Assembly (NCBI GenBank): GCA_039831615.1 | Contig: JBDOMX010000458.1 | Location: 1 to 37,926 of the forward strand | Source of the DNA: Planctomycetaceae bacterium | GTDB lineage: Bacteria; Planctomycetota; Planctomycetia; Planctomycetales; Planctomycetaceae | Length of the DNA stretch: 37,926 bases | Reading direction: 5' to 3' | Part shown: positions 8,727 through 18,205 of the stretch, in pieces | How positions within the stretch are numbered: position 1 is the stretch's first letter | Layout of the letters: the number at the start of each line of letters is the position of its first letter | Program-made: the position numbers and the translations under genes | The notes under the pieces: model-generated | What the model was told of the DNA's origin: nothing | What the model saw: the letters and a program-made list of their open reading frames with translations, nothing else | Databases searched by the model: none

Positions 8727-10226
8727 ATGAAGGTTGCCTACGGTGTCCTGATTGTGATGACATTGATCATCGGGACTCGCTTCGCCCGTGAATTCACACT
8801 GGCAGTACGCGACTCGCGCGAGACGACCGCGCAGGCCGCCACGAGCGGCGAAGCCGGGCTGGTGTCAACTGAACCCGCTGGCGCTGACACTGATTTCTTC
8901 GGCATTCAGCCGCGACCGAATGCATTTCCGGAGCCGCGACCCGATGACGCAGCAGAACCGGATGCAAATGGATCAGTGACTGCGGTTCCTCAATCCAGCG
9001 ATCGGCAGGACACTGCTGAACGCGTTGTTGTCCGGCATCCGGGTCCTTTGCACAACGACGCAGTGCTGCCAGGTAACTTCAAATATCTCGGCGCCATTCG
9101 ACCACCGCATGTTGAGGGATTGTCGTCGTCGTTTTCCTACGGCGGAGCGACGCTGGCATATCATGCAGGTGGTGATCGCGGAGGAGAAGCTGACGGATTT
9201 CCTGGTACGTTGTTTCTGGTGGGACATATTTACGACCAGCAGGTGGCGGAGATCTCGATCCCGAGACCAGTGATTTCGCTCCGCCAGTCGTTGGACGACC
9301 TGAACGTTGCTGAACTGTTGCAGCCATTTGGGGACGTCTCGGGAGGGATTCAGGCCGCAATGACCGAGAATGACTCTCAGCCGTTTCGTATCGGTGGGCT
9401 GCAGGTTGTCGGCAATGCTCTGCACTGGACACTCTTTCGTTATTACAACGTCGAAGGCTACGACTTTCTTTCGCACGGGATATCTTCGTTGAGTGTCCAG
9501 CGGCCGATGGTAGCCGGACCGTGGCACCTCGGCCCGTTTCAAAGTGGTGCGGCGGAATGGCATGCCTACAAGCATGCCGGGTACATCTGTGAGGCTCCTT
9601 CGTCTGTTGCCAGTCGGCTGGGCGGTCGGACCATGTTATCCGGTTTGCAAATCAGCACCGGGCTGCAAACGTCCAGTCAGGGGCCCGCGTTATTTGCCTA
9701 TCGCCTTCCAGACGGTTTCCCTCCAGCCGGCACAAGTCTGGATGCGACTCCTCTCCTGTGGTACTCGATGGAACGCCCGCTGGCCGGACATCATCCAGCG
9801 GACTCGTGGACTGGAGCAGCATGGCTGGAACTCGGGAGCAAACAATCACTCGTCGTGATCGGACGCAAGGCAACGGGGCCTCTGTATTATGGCGAGGGAC
9901 GGCCAGGTGACTGCTCGGACAGTAAAGGTTATCACGGGCCTCCTTATGAAGCTCAAGCGGTGGTCTATTCGGCCGACGAGCTGTTGCAGGCGGCGAATGG
10001 ACAACGCCAGGCATCTGATATTCAGCCAATGTATCGCTGGACCTCAGAATCTGCAGGTGGCAGCCTGAGTCAATACATGTTTCCAACCTGTGACCAGAGC
10101 CTGGGAGGCCTGGCATACGACAGGGTGCACAACGTACTGTATCTCGTCCAGCTGGAAGCCGGCACCACAGACGACAGCCCATTCGAGCCGCTCCCGATCA
10201 TTCACGTCTTCCGCATTGTCGCGTAA
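8727..10226 (+). CDS. hypothetical membrane-anchored or secreted protein, last gene of the EPS operon
   Basis: 499-aa ORF. GAGGAG (8713-8718) lies 8 nt before the ATG at 8727; a GTG at 8724 is also possible. The N-terminal hydrophobic segment is VAYGVLIVMTLIIGT, followed by a low-complexity acidic/Pro linker and a roughly 400-aa domain I cannot assign. Confidence 0.7.
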   Translation: MKVAYGVLIVMTLIIGTRFAREFTLAVRDSRETTAQAATSGEAGLVSTEPAGADTDFFGIQPRPNAFPEPRPDDAAEPDANGSVTAVPQSSDRQDTAERVVVRHPGPLHNDAVLPGNFKYLGAIRPPHVEGLSSSFSYGGATLAYHAGGDRGGEADGFPGTLFLVGHIYDQQVAEISIPRPVISLRQSLDDLNVAELLQPFGDVSGGIQAAMTENDSQPFRIGGLQVVGNALHWTLFRYYNVEGYDFLSHGISSLSVQRPMVAGPWHLGPFQSGAAEWHAYKHAGYICEAPSSVASRLGGRTMLSGLQISTGLQTSSQGPALFAYRLPDGFPPAGTSLDATPLLWYSMERPLAGHHPADSWTGAAWLELGSKQSLVVIGRKATGPLYYGEGRPGDCSDSKGYHGPPYEAQAVVYSADELLQAANGQRQASDIQPMYRWTSESAGGSLSQYMFPTCDQSLGGLAYDRVHNVLYLVQLEAGTTDDSPFEPLPIIHVFRIVA

Positions 10227-10375
10227 CAGCTCAATCCGTGCAGTCCAAAACACTCATCCCGGCTGAACAATTCAAATGCGCGGCGCTCCCGTGTCTTCTG
10301 ATGCGGTGCGGGAGCGAGTGAAATGCGATACGCATCTGCCATTCTGAATCGGTACTTCAGTGTGGAACAGGGAAT

Positions 10376-10880
10376 ATGGATGCGGCCGATGCCAATGTTG
10401 ATCGGACGGTTCAGCGGATCGATGCGATGTGCGATGCCTTCGAATCTGAATGGCAACAAAATCCAGCACGAGTTGAGGTTCATCCCGGCAGCACAGGAGG
10501 TCCGACTCGAACTTCTTCGCGAGGCAACGGTCAGTCTGCAGAATGTGTCCGGACAGATGCAGTCACAGACATGCGTGGACCGGAGTACGGCCAATGCTCT
10601 GGTGGATCATCCTTCATTGCGGCGACACATTGTCCTGTGCAATGAGAAGCCTGGAGATGCACGGCAAAATGCGGCAATTGTTCGAACAGGCGATCCGTCG
10701 CGATCCCCAAAACCGACGCCCGCAGGCGGGTTTGGCAGTACTCCTACTGCAAAATCGGCAAGGCCTGCCGCGTGCTGTAACAACATGATGAAGCGACCAG
10801 GGCTGAGCACGAAGCCGCAAAGATTCGTCGCGAGCCTGGCCTGCGCTGGCGAGGGAAGTGTCGTCCGGCGGTCCGATTAA
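10376..10880 (+). pseudogene. frameshifted gene remnant (kinase/TPR-like N-terminal fragments spread over three frames)
   Basis: The fragments are DRTVQRIDAMCDAFESEWQQN in the frame of 10376, IPAAQEVRLELLREA in the frame of 10323, and MRQLFEQAIRRDPQNRRPQAGLAVLLLQNRQG in the frame of 10543. No single frame gives a plausible protein. Confidence 0.3.
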
Positions 10881-11130
10881 TGTGTGGGTTTGCTACACCC
10901 TGCGGTGTTCCCCGCCACACACAATACACGGATGTGCGGCGAATACGGCGGAGATCACCGAGTCTTGAATCACAGGGTTCTGGCAAAATTTCAATAAAAT
11001 TCAGCGGAAAGTCACATTGGCGTTGCGACCGCTAAAAATAAATGGACTCTTTTGAAGCGGACCTGGATATTGGTACAGTATATGCCAAAGAGGATGACCA
11101 GCCAGGAATGCAAATTTCTGGCATCATTTC

Positions 11131-11153
11131 GCTGCCGATCTTCAATCGGCAGC
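11131..11153. other. perfect 9-bp stem-loop (GCTGCCGAT-cttca-ATCGGCAGC) in an AT-richer intergenic patch
   Basis: Read directly from the sequence. It is followed on the + strand by tattatc. No intact gene lies immediately upstream. Confidence 0.4.
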
Positions 11154-11734
11154 TATTATCCCGTCTTCGGGATCCCTTGGACGGTGCTCGCATCAATTCA
11201 TAAGGAGATGAGCTTGCTGTTCTCCTAAGCATCTTTTCTTGCGAGCATGTTTCTATGGGGGCTTCGTCGATCATTCGGCGAAGCCCTTTCTTATGCACCG
11301 ATTCCTGTTCGCACTGTCGATACCCGATCAGCGCAACGACACAGAGATGGCACCTCACACGGCTTCGTCTGGTGCGGACGGCACGGTCCCCCCCTGGCCG
11401 GGTGTGAACTACAGAATCTTGTACTGACTGACCCCGACCGGCATCGGCTCACCGAACGACGCCGGCTGGGGCCGCTCGTCTTATTGGTTTGTTTCGCGAC
11501 CAGTCAATCGACGATCGCACTGAGTTGCCCGCCAGAGCACGTCGTGGCAGTGATCGCATCTGCACGATAGATGATCAAAGACCATCCTGCCGCACACAGC
11601 ACTGGAGCGGCATCGAATGTCGTCGATGTCGATGGACGCTTGTGGTTGGTCCGTCAAGCGATTCAAATAGTGACCCCACCGGCGGGGATCACTTCACCCG
11701 TCTGTCTTCCATCCGGTCTCGCGCGAGCCTTGCC

Positions 11735-12325
11735 ATGTCAGCAGATGAACCGACTTTGTCCAGACCAGAGTCCAAAATCGCTCCTCAAAGTCGACGTACC
11801 GTCGTACAGATTTTGACCGGATTCCTGGGACTGCTGCTGAATGCCGTTCCCGTCACGCTGGGTGGATTGTTCTTTTTGGATCCACTTTTGCGAGCCAGTC
11901 GAAGTGTTGGTGAAGATTCCATCAAGCTCCGGGTCAATACCGATGCGATTCCCGCGGACGGAACACCAGTTGCCGTGACAGTGATCGCCGATCAGACCGA
12001 TGCGTGGAACAAATACAATAATGTGCCCATCGGCAGCATCTGGGTCCGTCGCACACAAAGCGGAAATCTGGCCGCGTTCAATTCCACCTGCCCGCACCTG
12101 GGGTGTTCTGTTGATTTTCGCGCGAGCAACAATGACTTTTATTGCCCTTGCCACACAAGCGCCTTTGAACTGGACGGGCAGCCGAAAAACGAGATTCCGC
12201 CGAGAGGGATGGATGATCTGGACATCTATACAGCAACAGCCGGCAAGCGAGACGAGGCTGGGACCGAGCTCTGGGTCAAATATAAGGAATTCCGTGGTGG
12301 CACCGTTGAAAAGATCGAATCCTGA
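11735..12325 (+). CDS. Rieske [2Fe-2S] protein of a cytochrome bc-type complex
   Basis: CPHLGC...CPCH motif at 12089-12154. The N-terminus has an SRRTVV Tat-like motif followed by a TM helix. The ATG at 11735 was chosen because upstream ORF sequence is non-protein-like. Confidence 0.85.
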   Translation: MSADEPTLSRPESKIAPQSRRTVVQILTGFLGLLLNAVPVTLGGLFFLDPLLRASRSVGEDSIKLRVNTDAIPADGTPVAVTVIADQTDAWNKYNNVPIGSIWVRRTQSGNLAAFNSTCPHLGCSVDFRASNNDFYCPCHTSAFELDGQPKNEIPPRGMDDLDIYTATAGKRDEAGTELWVKYKEFRGGTVEKIES

Positions 12326-12457
12326 CCTGTGTGCCTCTGATCAGTTCCCTGCGGGGCGTGGTTTTTCGCGCTGAACAATTATTCCGCGACGACCCAACAA
12401 GACGTGCCGGCGCTTTGGTCCGAGACTTCAGTTCGTGCCGACGGAGAATACACAGTT

Positions 12458-14434
12458 ATGAAAGCTCTGATTTCCTGGCTGGACGATCGTACAGGGATTC
12501 GATCCCTGATGCAGGAAGCGCTGTACGAACGTGTGCCTGGCGGTGCTCGTTGGAGATACGTGTGGGGCAGTACCCTGGTCTTTGTCTTTGTGCTGCAGGC
12601 GATCACCGGTTTCATGATGTGGATGGCCTACAGTCCCAACACGCGTGGTGCGTGGGAAAGTGTCCATTACATTCAGCATGAAATGTACCTCGGCAGCATC
12701 GTACGGGGGCTGCATCACTATGCGGCCCAGGCCATGGTTGTTCTGATGGGAATCCACCTGATCCAGGTTGTGATTGATGGAGCGTATCGCGCGCCACGAG
12801 AGATCAACTTCTGGCTGGGCATTGTGTTGCTGACAATTGTCCTCGGACTGTCACTCACGGGCTATCTGCTTCCATGGGACCAAAAGGGGTACTATGCCAC
12901 ACGCGTGACCACGAACATCGTCAGTGCCACTCCTGTCATTGGCCCGGAAGCCCAGGTTTTAGCTCAGGGCGGGTCGCAATACGGGCACCTGACACTGACT
13001 CGTTTTTTCGCAATGCACGCGGGAATCCTGCCGACGCTGCTGGTCGCTTTTCTGGCTTTGCACATCTATTGTTTCCGTCGTCATGGGCTCACGGTCGCCG
13101 ATAAAGATCGTGCTCCGGATACGACGTTCTGGCCGGATCAGGTGCTGAAAGATGCGGTTGCCTGTCTGAGCGTGCTTGCCGTTTTGCTTTTGTTGGCAAT
13201 ATTTCGCGGTGCGGAACTCGGCGCCCCGGCTGATCCGGTCGTCAAATTCGACGCCGCTCGCCCGGAATGGTACTACCTTTTCCTGTTTCGATTCCTGCGC
13301 TTTCAGGCGGTTGAATCGCTGGGACTGACGTTCGGTGCGATTGTGATTCCGGGCATCATCATGGGCATCCTCGCCGCCATGCCATTGACCACGAAATTCC
13401 TCGGTGAATTCGGGCATCGATTCAACAAGACATTTATCTGGGGAATGACGGCCGTGATTGCCGTGCTGACGGCGATGGCCATTGTCGAGGACCGAGCGGA
13501 TGTCAGTCATCAGTCAGCAATCGCGGAAGCAGAACGGGAGGCGCATCGCGCACATGAACTGGCCTCAGGGCCCGATCTGATTTCCGCCGACGGTGCCATG
13601 GTGATGATGAGAAACGACCCGTTCACACGGGGGCCGCGTCTGTTTGCCAAACACTGTGCTGCCTGTCATCGTTGGAATGGTCACAACGGCCGCGGGATGC
13701 TTGTCCTGGAGCGTCGAGAAGACAAAATGCTCAACGGAGATTCGTACACACCACCACGATACAGTCCTCACCTGGCCGCGCCCACGGCTGCCGATCTTGG
13801 AAATTTCGGATCACCGACCTGGATGCGTGGTGTGATCACAAATTATGCGGATCACTTTGCCTGGCTGAAAAACGCTCAGTGGTACCGGGATGCCGGAGAG
13901 CAATCGCTGGATCCGGACAGTTCAGAGATGGCAGACTGGTCGGGGGACGCGGAGGCCCTGGTCGCTGAGGAAAACGCTGCTGACGTAGCAGCGCTCGTGG
14001 AGTTTCTTGTCGCCGAGACCGGGCACCGTTCCATCGAAATTGATCCAGAGAAAGTTGCTCGCGGACGTGAAATTGCCGTGGACGGAGACTGGGACCTGGG
14101 AGTGTCGTGCGCCGATTGTCATTCCACGATTGGCCAGGATTTTATTGCAGTGGATGGCGACGCGGATGGATATCCAACGCTGGCAAAATACGGCTCGGCC
14201 GCGTGGCTAAGTGACTTCATTCGTAATCCCGGTGCTGACCGGCACTATGGGGAGAAGAATCACATGCCAGCCTATGGTCCGGAAAAACTGGGAGCTGCCA
14301 ATCTCGACCTGCTGGTCCGCTGGATGACTGGCGACCCGGAAACCGGGGTCGACGATTATCCGAGCAGGCTGGATGAATTGCGAAAGGCGTTGGCGGAGGA
14401 ACCGCCTGAGGATGAGCCGGCTCCCGGGGAGTAG
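12458..14434 (+). CDS. cytochrome b (b6 plus subunit-IV-like) fused to a C-terminal dihaem c-type cytochrome domain
   Basis: The N-terminus MKALISWLDDRTGIRSL...RWRYVWGSTLVF is typical of cytochrome b, and there are multiple TM helices. Haem c motifs are CAACH (13655-13669) and CADCH (14108-14122). GGAG lies 9 nt before the ATG at 12458. Confidence 0.9.
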   Translation: MKALISWLDDRTGIRSLMQEALYERVPGGARWRYVWGSTLVFVFVLQAITGFMMWMAYSPNTRGAWESVHYIQHEMYLGSIVRGLHHYAAQAMVVLMGIHLIQVVIDGAYRAPREINFWLGIVLLTIVLGLSLTGYLLPWDQKGYYATRVTTNIVSATPVIGPEAQVLAQGGSQYGHLTLTRFFAMHAGILPTLLVAFLALHIYCFRRHGLTVADKDRAPDTTFWPDQVLKDAVACLSVLAVLLLLAIFRGAELGAPADPVVKFDAARPEWYYLFLFRFLRFQAVESLGLTFGAIVIPGIIMGILAAMPLTTKFLGEFGHRFNKTFIWGMTAVIAVLTAMAIVEDRADVSHQSAIAEAEREAHRAHELASGPDLISADGAMVMMRNDPFTRGPRLFAKHCAACHRWNGHNGRGMLVLERREDKMLNGDSYTPPRYSPHLAAPTAADLGNFGSPTWMRGVITNYADHFAWLKNAQWYRDAGEQSLDPDSSEMADWSGDAEALVAEENAADVAALVEFLVAETGHRSIEIDPEKVARGREIAVDGDWDLGVSCADCHSTIGQDFIAVDGDADGYPTLAKYGSAAWLSDFIRNPGADRHYGEKNHMPAYGPEKLGAANLDLLVRWMTGDPETGVDDYPSRLDELRKALAEEPPEDEPAPGE

Positions 14435-14734
14435 GTTGACAGGTCCTGGGATTTGAGAAACCTCCAACAGATCTCTGGAGACATTGCATCAAATATGCAC
14501 GTTGATCCATTGTTTCCGGCTACGGATTTCCGGTGCCGTCCGCTTTTGACTGATTTGCCATTGCTCGCAAATCAGGCGTCTGTCAAAGTGAGGAGGCCCC
14601 GACCAGTGATCGACCGATTGCTCGTTTAGAAATATTGCTTGGGCCGCGACCTGGCTATTTCAGTTTTCGGCGCCAGCGACACAGGCGGCGTGGATCAGAC
14701 CATCAGAATCCCCGGCTGCCGGTATTCCGGGACG

Positions 14735-16264
14735 ATGCCTACGGCTGGAGTTGATCGTGTGACCGACAAGCCGAAAAAGACGTCTCCTTCCGCGCAACAG
14801 AAGAAGTCTGTGACGCGTCTTGGCGACTTTGAGCTTCAAAGACGTCTCGGCAAAGGCGGGATGGGGGAAGTCTTTCTGGCCAGACAGATTAGTCTGGATC
14901 GCATGGTCGCCGTGAAGACCCTGACCAAAGAACTGGCGAAGCAGGAAGACTTTGTGAAGCGTTTCCAGCGTGAAGCGCGAGCCATGGCCAAAATCGACCA
15001 TCACAACGTGGTCAAAGTTTACGCGGTTGCGTCCTATAAGGGCGTTCACTTTGTCGCCATTGAATATATTGACGGGAAAAGTGTACAGGACTGGCTCGAC
15101 GAGCTGGGACAACTGTCGATCGCGGATGCTGTGCATATCGCGGTCGTGTGTGCGGAAGCCCTGCGTCACGCACATTCAAAGAACATGGTGCATCGTGACG
15201 TTAAACCAGACAACATTTTGCTCAACAGCAAAGGGGTTGTGAAAGTCGCCGATTTTGGTTTAGCCAAGGTGATGGACGAGGACGTCTCGATGACTCAAAG
15301 CGGACAGGGACTGGGTACGCCGCTTTATATGGCTCCGGAGCAGGCGCGCAGCGCCAAGCATGTCGATCAGCGTTGCGATATTTATGCCCTTGGAGCAACC
15401 TTGTACCATCTGTTGACAGGCCAATTGCCCTACGCGGGAGATTCCACGCTCGAGCTGATCATTGCCAAGGAGAAAGGGATTTACACATCGGCAAAGAAGC
15501 TGAGGCCTGAGATTCCGGAACGCCTGGATCTCATCATCGACAAGATGATGGCGACGGATCCCAGTCATCGTTACAAGACCAGTGAAGAGGCCTTGCGTGA
15601 CTTGTCCGGGTTGGGACTGCACGGGCAGCCGCTCAGCTTTATCGAAGGAGCTGAACCGCCGGCTGGAGGTGCTCGCAGCCAGGCACCCACCATGGCGGCG
15701 ATGGGAGCCACTCTTGCTGGCGGCGCCGGTGGACTCACGATGCTGCCGTCGTCGGATGCTCAGAACACGACATCAAACCGGACCTGGTACGTCCAGTATC
15801 GTACGCCCGACGATAAACCGATGATGGAGAAGTTTTCGTCGCGGCGCGTGGTCAAAATGATCAATGCCGGAATGCTCACCCCGAAAGCTCGAGCCAAAGC
15901 CTCATCGGATGGGTCGTACCTGCCGTTGGCTCAGTTTCCTGAATTTGTCGATGCGATTGATCGTCAGCTGGCACGGAAGGCAGCGACCGGCAGGAACGAA
16001 GACATGCAAAGCCTGTACAAGCAGGTAGATCGGGACGAGCGGTCACGTCTCCGCTGGCGCTGGCTGCAGAACAGAATCCGCGGTCTCGTGGGAGGCGTGG
16101 GCCTGATCGTCTGGATCATTGCGATTTCGATCTTAGGCGTAGTGCTGTTTTGGGGCGGCGAAACCGTCTGGGACTGGTTGGGGGAAACGTTTAACGAAAT
16201 GATGCAGGAAGGTGCCTCTGATCAGAAAGACCCTTTGAATAATATCGACGCTGATTCGGACTAA
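14735..16264 (+). CDS. Ser/Thr protein kinase with GYF_2-like domain and C-terminal TM anchor
   Basis: Hanks kinase motifs are GKGGMGEV, AVK, HRDVKPDNILL, DFG and APE. A GYF-like segment follows (WYVQYRTPDDKPMMEKFSS...LPLAQFPEF), then the TM helix LVGGVGLIVWIIAISILGVVLFW. The start could be ATG 14735 or TTG 14639. Confidence 0.9.
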   Translation: MPTAGVDRVTDKPKKTSPSAQQKKSVTRLGDFELQRRLGKGGMGEVFLARQISLDRMVAVKTLTKELAKQEDFVKRFQREARAMAKIDHHNVVKVYAVASYKGVHFVAIEYIDGKSVQDWLDELGQLSIADAVHIAVVCAEALRHAHSKNMVHRDVKPDNILLNSKGVVKVADFGLAKVMDEDVSMTQSGQGLGTPLYMAPEQARSAKHVDQRCDIYALGATLYHLLTGQLPYAGDSTLELIIAKEKGIYTSAKKLRPEIPERLDLIIDKMMATDPSHRYKTSEEALRDLSGLGLHGQPLSFIEGAEPPAGGARSQAPTMAAMGATLAGGAGGLTMLPSSDAQNTTSNRTWYVQYRTPDDKPMMEKFSSRRVVKMINAGMLTPKARAKASSDGSYLPLAQFPEFVDAIDRQLARKAATGRNEDMQSLYKQVDRDERSRLRWRWLQNRIRGLVGGVGLIVWIIAISILGVVLFWGGETVWDWLGETFNEMMQEGASDQKDPLNNIDADSD

Positions 16265-16385
16265 ATACTTTTTCTCATCAGTCGTGCGCCCTGGGCAGTT
16301 GCAGGCAGCAAGACTGCTCTGCAGCGCGGGAAGAAGAAGATCAATGGCGACAGCTGGATGATTCTCCAAACATCGGACATCCCGA

Positions 16386-16643
16386 TCATTTAATCACATC
16401 ATCCAGCCGCGAAATGCTGACAATTTGTTCGCTGGGGATTACGACCTGTTTGCGGTTGACGCGGATTCCGTCGGTGCGGGAATCAAGGACATACAATTCT
16501 CGCGTGGTCTTGGAATCTCTCAGATCGTGAACATCGGCCTGCTGGAGCATCAGGAAACCGGGGCGCACCTCAGCCAGACGGCCGAGGAACACGTACTGGG
16601 ATTCCACGTCGATCACAACGTCCTGACCTAAGAACTGTTCCAC
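16386..16643 (-). CDS. hypothetical small protein, possibly Sm/LSm-like fold
   Basis: 85-aa ORF with a GTG start. The pattern GQDVVIDVESQYVFLGRLAEVRPGFLMLQQADV resembles an Sm1-type motif. This is weak, motif-level evidence only. Confidence 0.55.
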   Translation of the reverse strand: MEQFLGQDVVIDVESQYVFLGRLAEVRPGFLMLQQADVHDLRDSKTTRELYVLDSRTDGIRVNRKQVVIPSEQIVSISRLDDVIK

Positions 16644-16780
16644 GATTTTGTCCCGTGCTGCTGTTTCACATTCCTGGTGAAAGACCAGGCTGTGGCAATG
16701 CCGGAGTCCCGTCGCATGCGGTATGCTCGACCGACAATTTTCCGCTCGAAAATCCCCGCACCATTGTCTCCCGCAGCCCT

Positions 16781-17869
16781 ATGCCGTTGCCAGTCCGAAA
16801 TGCGATCCATCAGCTTGCCGGATACACCCCGGGCGAGCAGCCTCAGGAATCCGGTTGGGTCAAGCTGAATACGAATGAGAACCCGTACCCGCCGTCCCCT
16901 CTTGTGGTTGAAGCAATTCAGCGCGCGGCGAGCGGTCGGCTCAACGTGTATCCTGATGCGCTGGCGACGCCATTTCGTCACGCAGTTGCTGAACTCTTTA
17001 ATATCGGTCCGGACTGGATATTGCCGGCCAATGGCAGCGATGAGAATCTCACCATCATTGTACGGACTGCCTGTGACTCAGGACAGCTGATTGCGTATCC
17101 GTATCCAAGTTATGTGTTGTACGAAGCACTGGCCCGGATTCAGGGATGCCGAGTGGAACGACTGGCATTGGATGATTCTTTTGCGTGGTCACCTGCAGCA
17201 GCAGCCGAACTGCGGTGTCGCACCCGAGTGTTTTTCGTGCCAAATCCGAACTCTCCGACTGGCAACGTCTGGCCGGCCGACTCATTGGTGCAGCTGCTTC
17301 CGGATGACGGGTTGCTGGTGCTGGACGAAGCCTATGTCGACTTCGCGGACATACCGCATCGAGGCGAACTGTTGCAGGACGGACGATTCGATCGTCGCCT
17401 CGTCATCACGCGTACGTTGAGCAAATCTTACAGTCTCGCGGGAATTCGATTCGGATTTTCGATCGCTCATCCGGACCTCACCGCCCAAATGCAAAAGGCC
17501 AAAGACAGCTATAACTGTGATGCGGTCGCCATGGCGGCCGCCACAGCAGCGATCCGGGACCAGGACTGGATGCTTTCAAACCGGGCAAAGATTCTGGCCA
17601 CCCGAGCTCGACTCAGCGACCGGCTGAGGGACCTCGGTTTCAAAGTATACGACAGCCAGACAAACTTCGTCTGGATTCAGCACGCGTCCAGCCAGCATCA
17701 GACGATTTATCTTCGACTCAAAGAACGGCACATACTGGTCCGCTACATGAAGTTCCCCGGTGCGGGGTCCGCCGGTCGTCCGTTGGATGGTCTGCGTATC
17801 ACGATTGGTACAGACGACGAAATCGACCAGCTGCTTCATGAACTCACGGAATGCATCGGCGATCTCTAA
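16781..17869 (+). CDS. hisC: histidinol-phosphate aminotransferase
   Basis: 362 aa. Motifs are YTPGEQP, KLNTNENPYPPSP, YPD, NPNSPTG, DEAYVDF and the PLP-lysine context TLSKSYSLAGIRFGF. Confidence 0.9.
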   Translation: MPLPVRNAIHQLAGYTPGEQPQESGWVKLNTNENPYPPSPLVVEAIQRAASGRLNVYPDALATPFRHAVAELFNIGPDWILPANGSDENLTIIVRTACDSGQLIAYPYPSYVLYEALARIQGCRVERLALDDSFAWSPAAAAELRCRTRVFFVPNPNSPTGNVWPADSLVQLLPDDGLLVLDEAYVDFADIPHRGELLQDGRFDRRLVITRTLSKSYSLAGIRFGFSIAHPDLTAQMQKAKDSYNCDAVAMAAATAAIRDQDWMLSNRAKILATRARLSDRLRDLGFKVYDSQTNFVWIQHASSQHQTIYLRLKERHILVRYMKFPGAGSAGRPLDGLRITIGTDDEIDQLLHELTECIGDL

Positions 17870-18205
17870 GTGATTTCCTGTATAGCTGTCCAGGGACCCC
17901 GGAGCAGGCTGTTGATTTCATCGGGCAGGCGGCAGTTGATAAACAGCGGGGCATGCACAGCATGAGATGCTTCGCATTTCAGCCCTGGATCATGGTGCCA
18001 GCTGCCGTCCCACTTGAATTTGTACGTTCTTTCCGCCGTGCAGATGAAACCACGGGCCGTCGACTGTTATTCTTTCGTGATTGCGTCCACACGAGCTAAA
18101 AGACTTAACGGGTTGGTGTCGGATCCAACGGTGGGAATTACAAATTTTCACGATTGCGGGTCACGCAGATGACCTCAGGACATTCCAAATCAAGGGAGGC
18201 CGACC

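Noticed and set aside
10323-10880. A 185-aa ORF that could be called as an intact gene.
   Set aside because: The translation is low-complexity and non-globular. The protein-like pieces of this region lie in other frames. It is treated as pseudogene debris instead.
11032-11358. A 108-aa minus-strand ORF in the AT-richer patch.
   Set aside because: No recognisable motifs, no SD, and composition typical of a chance ORF in lower-GC sequence.
17851-18099. An 82-aa ORF overlapping the hisC stop.
   Set aside because: It overlaps hisC, has no motifs and has a Cys/Arg-rich odd composition. It is probably noncoding spacer before the exonuclease gene.
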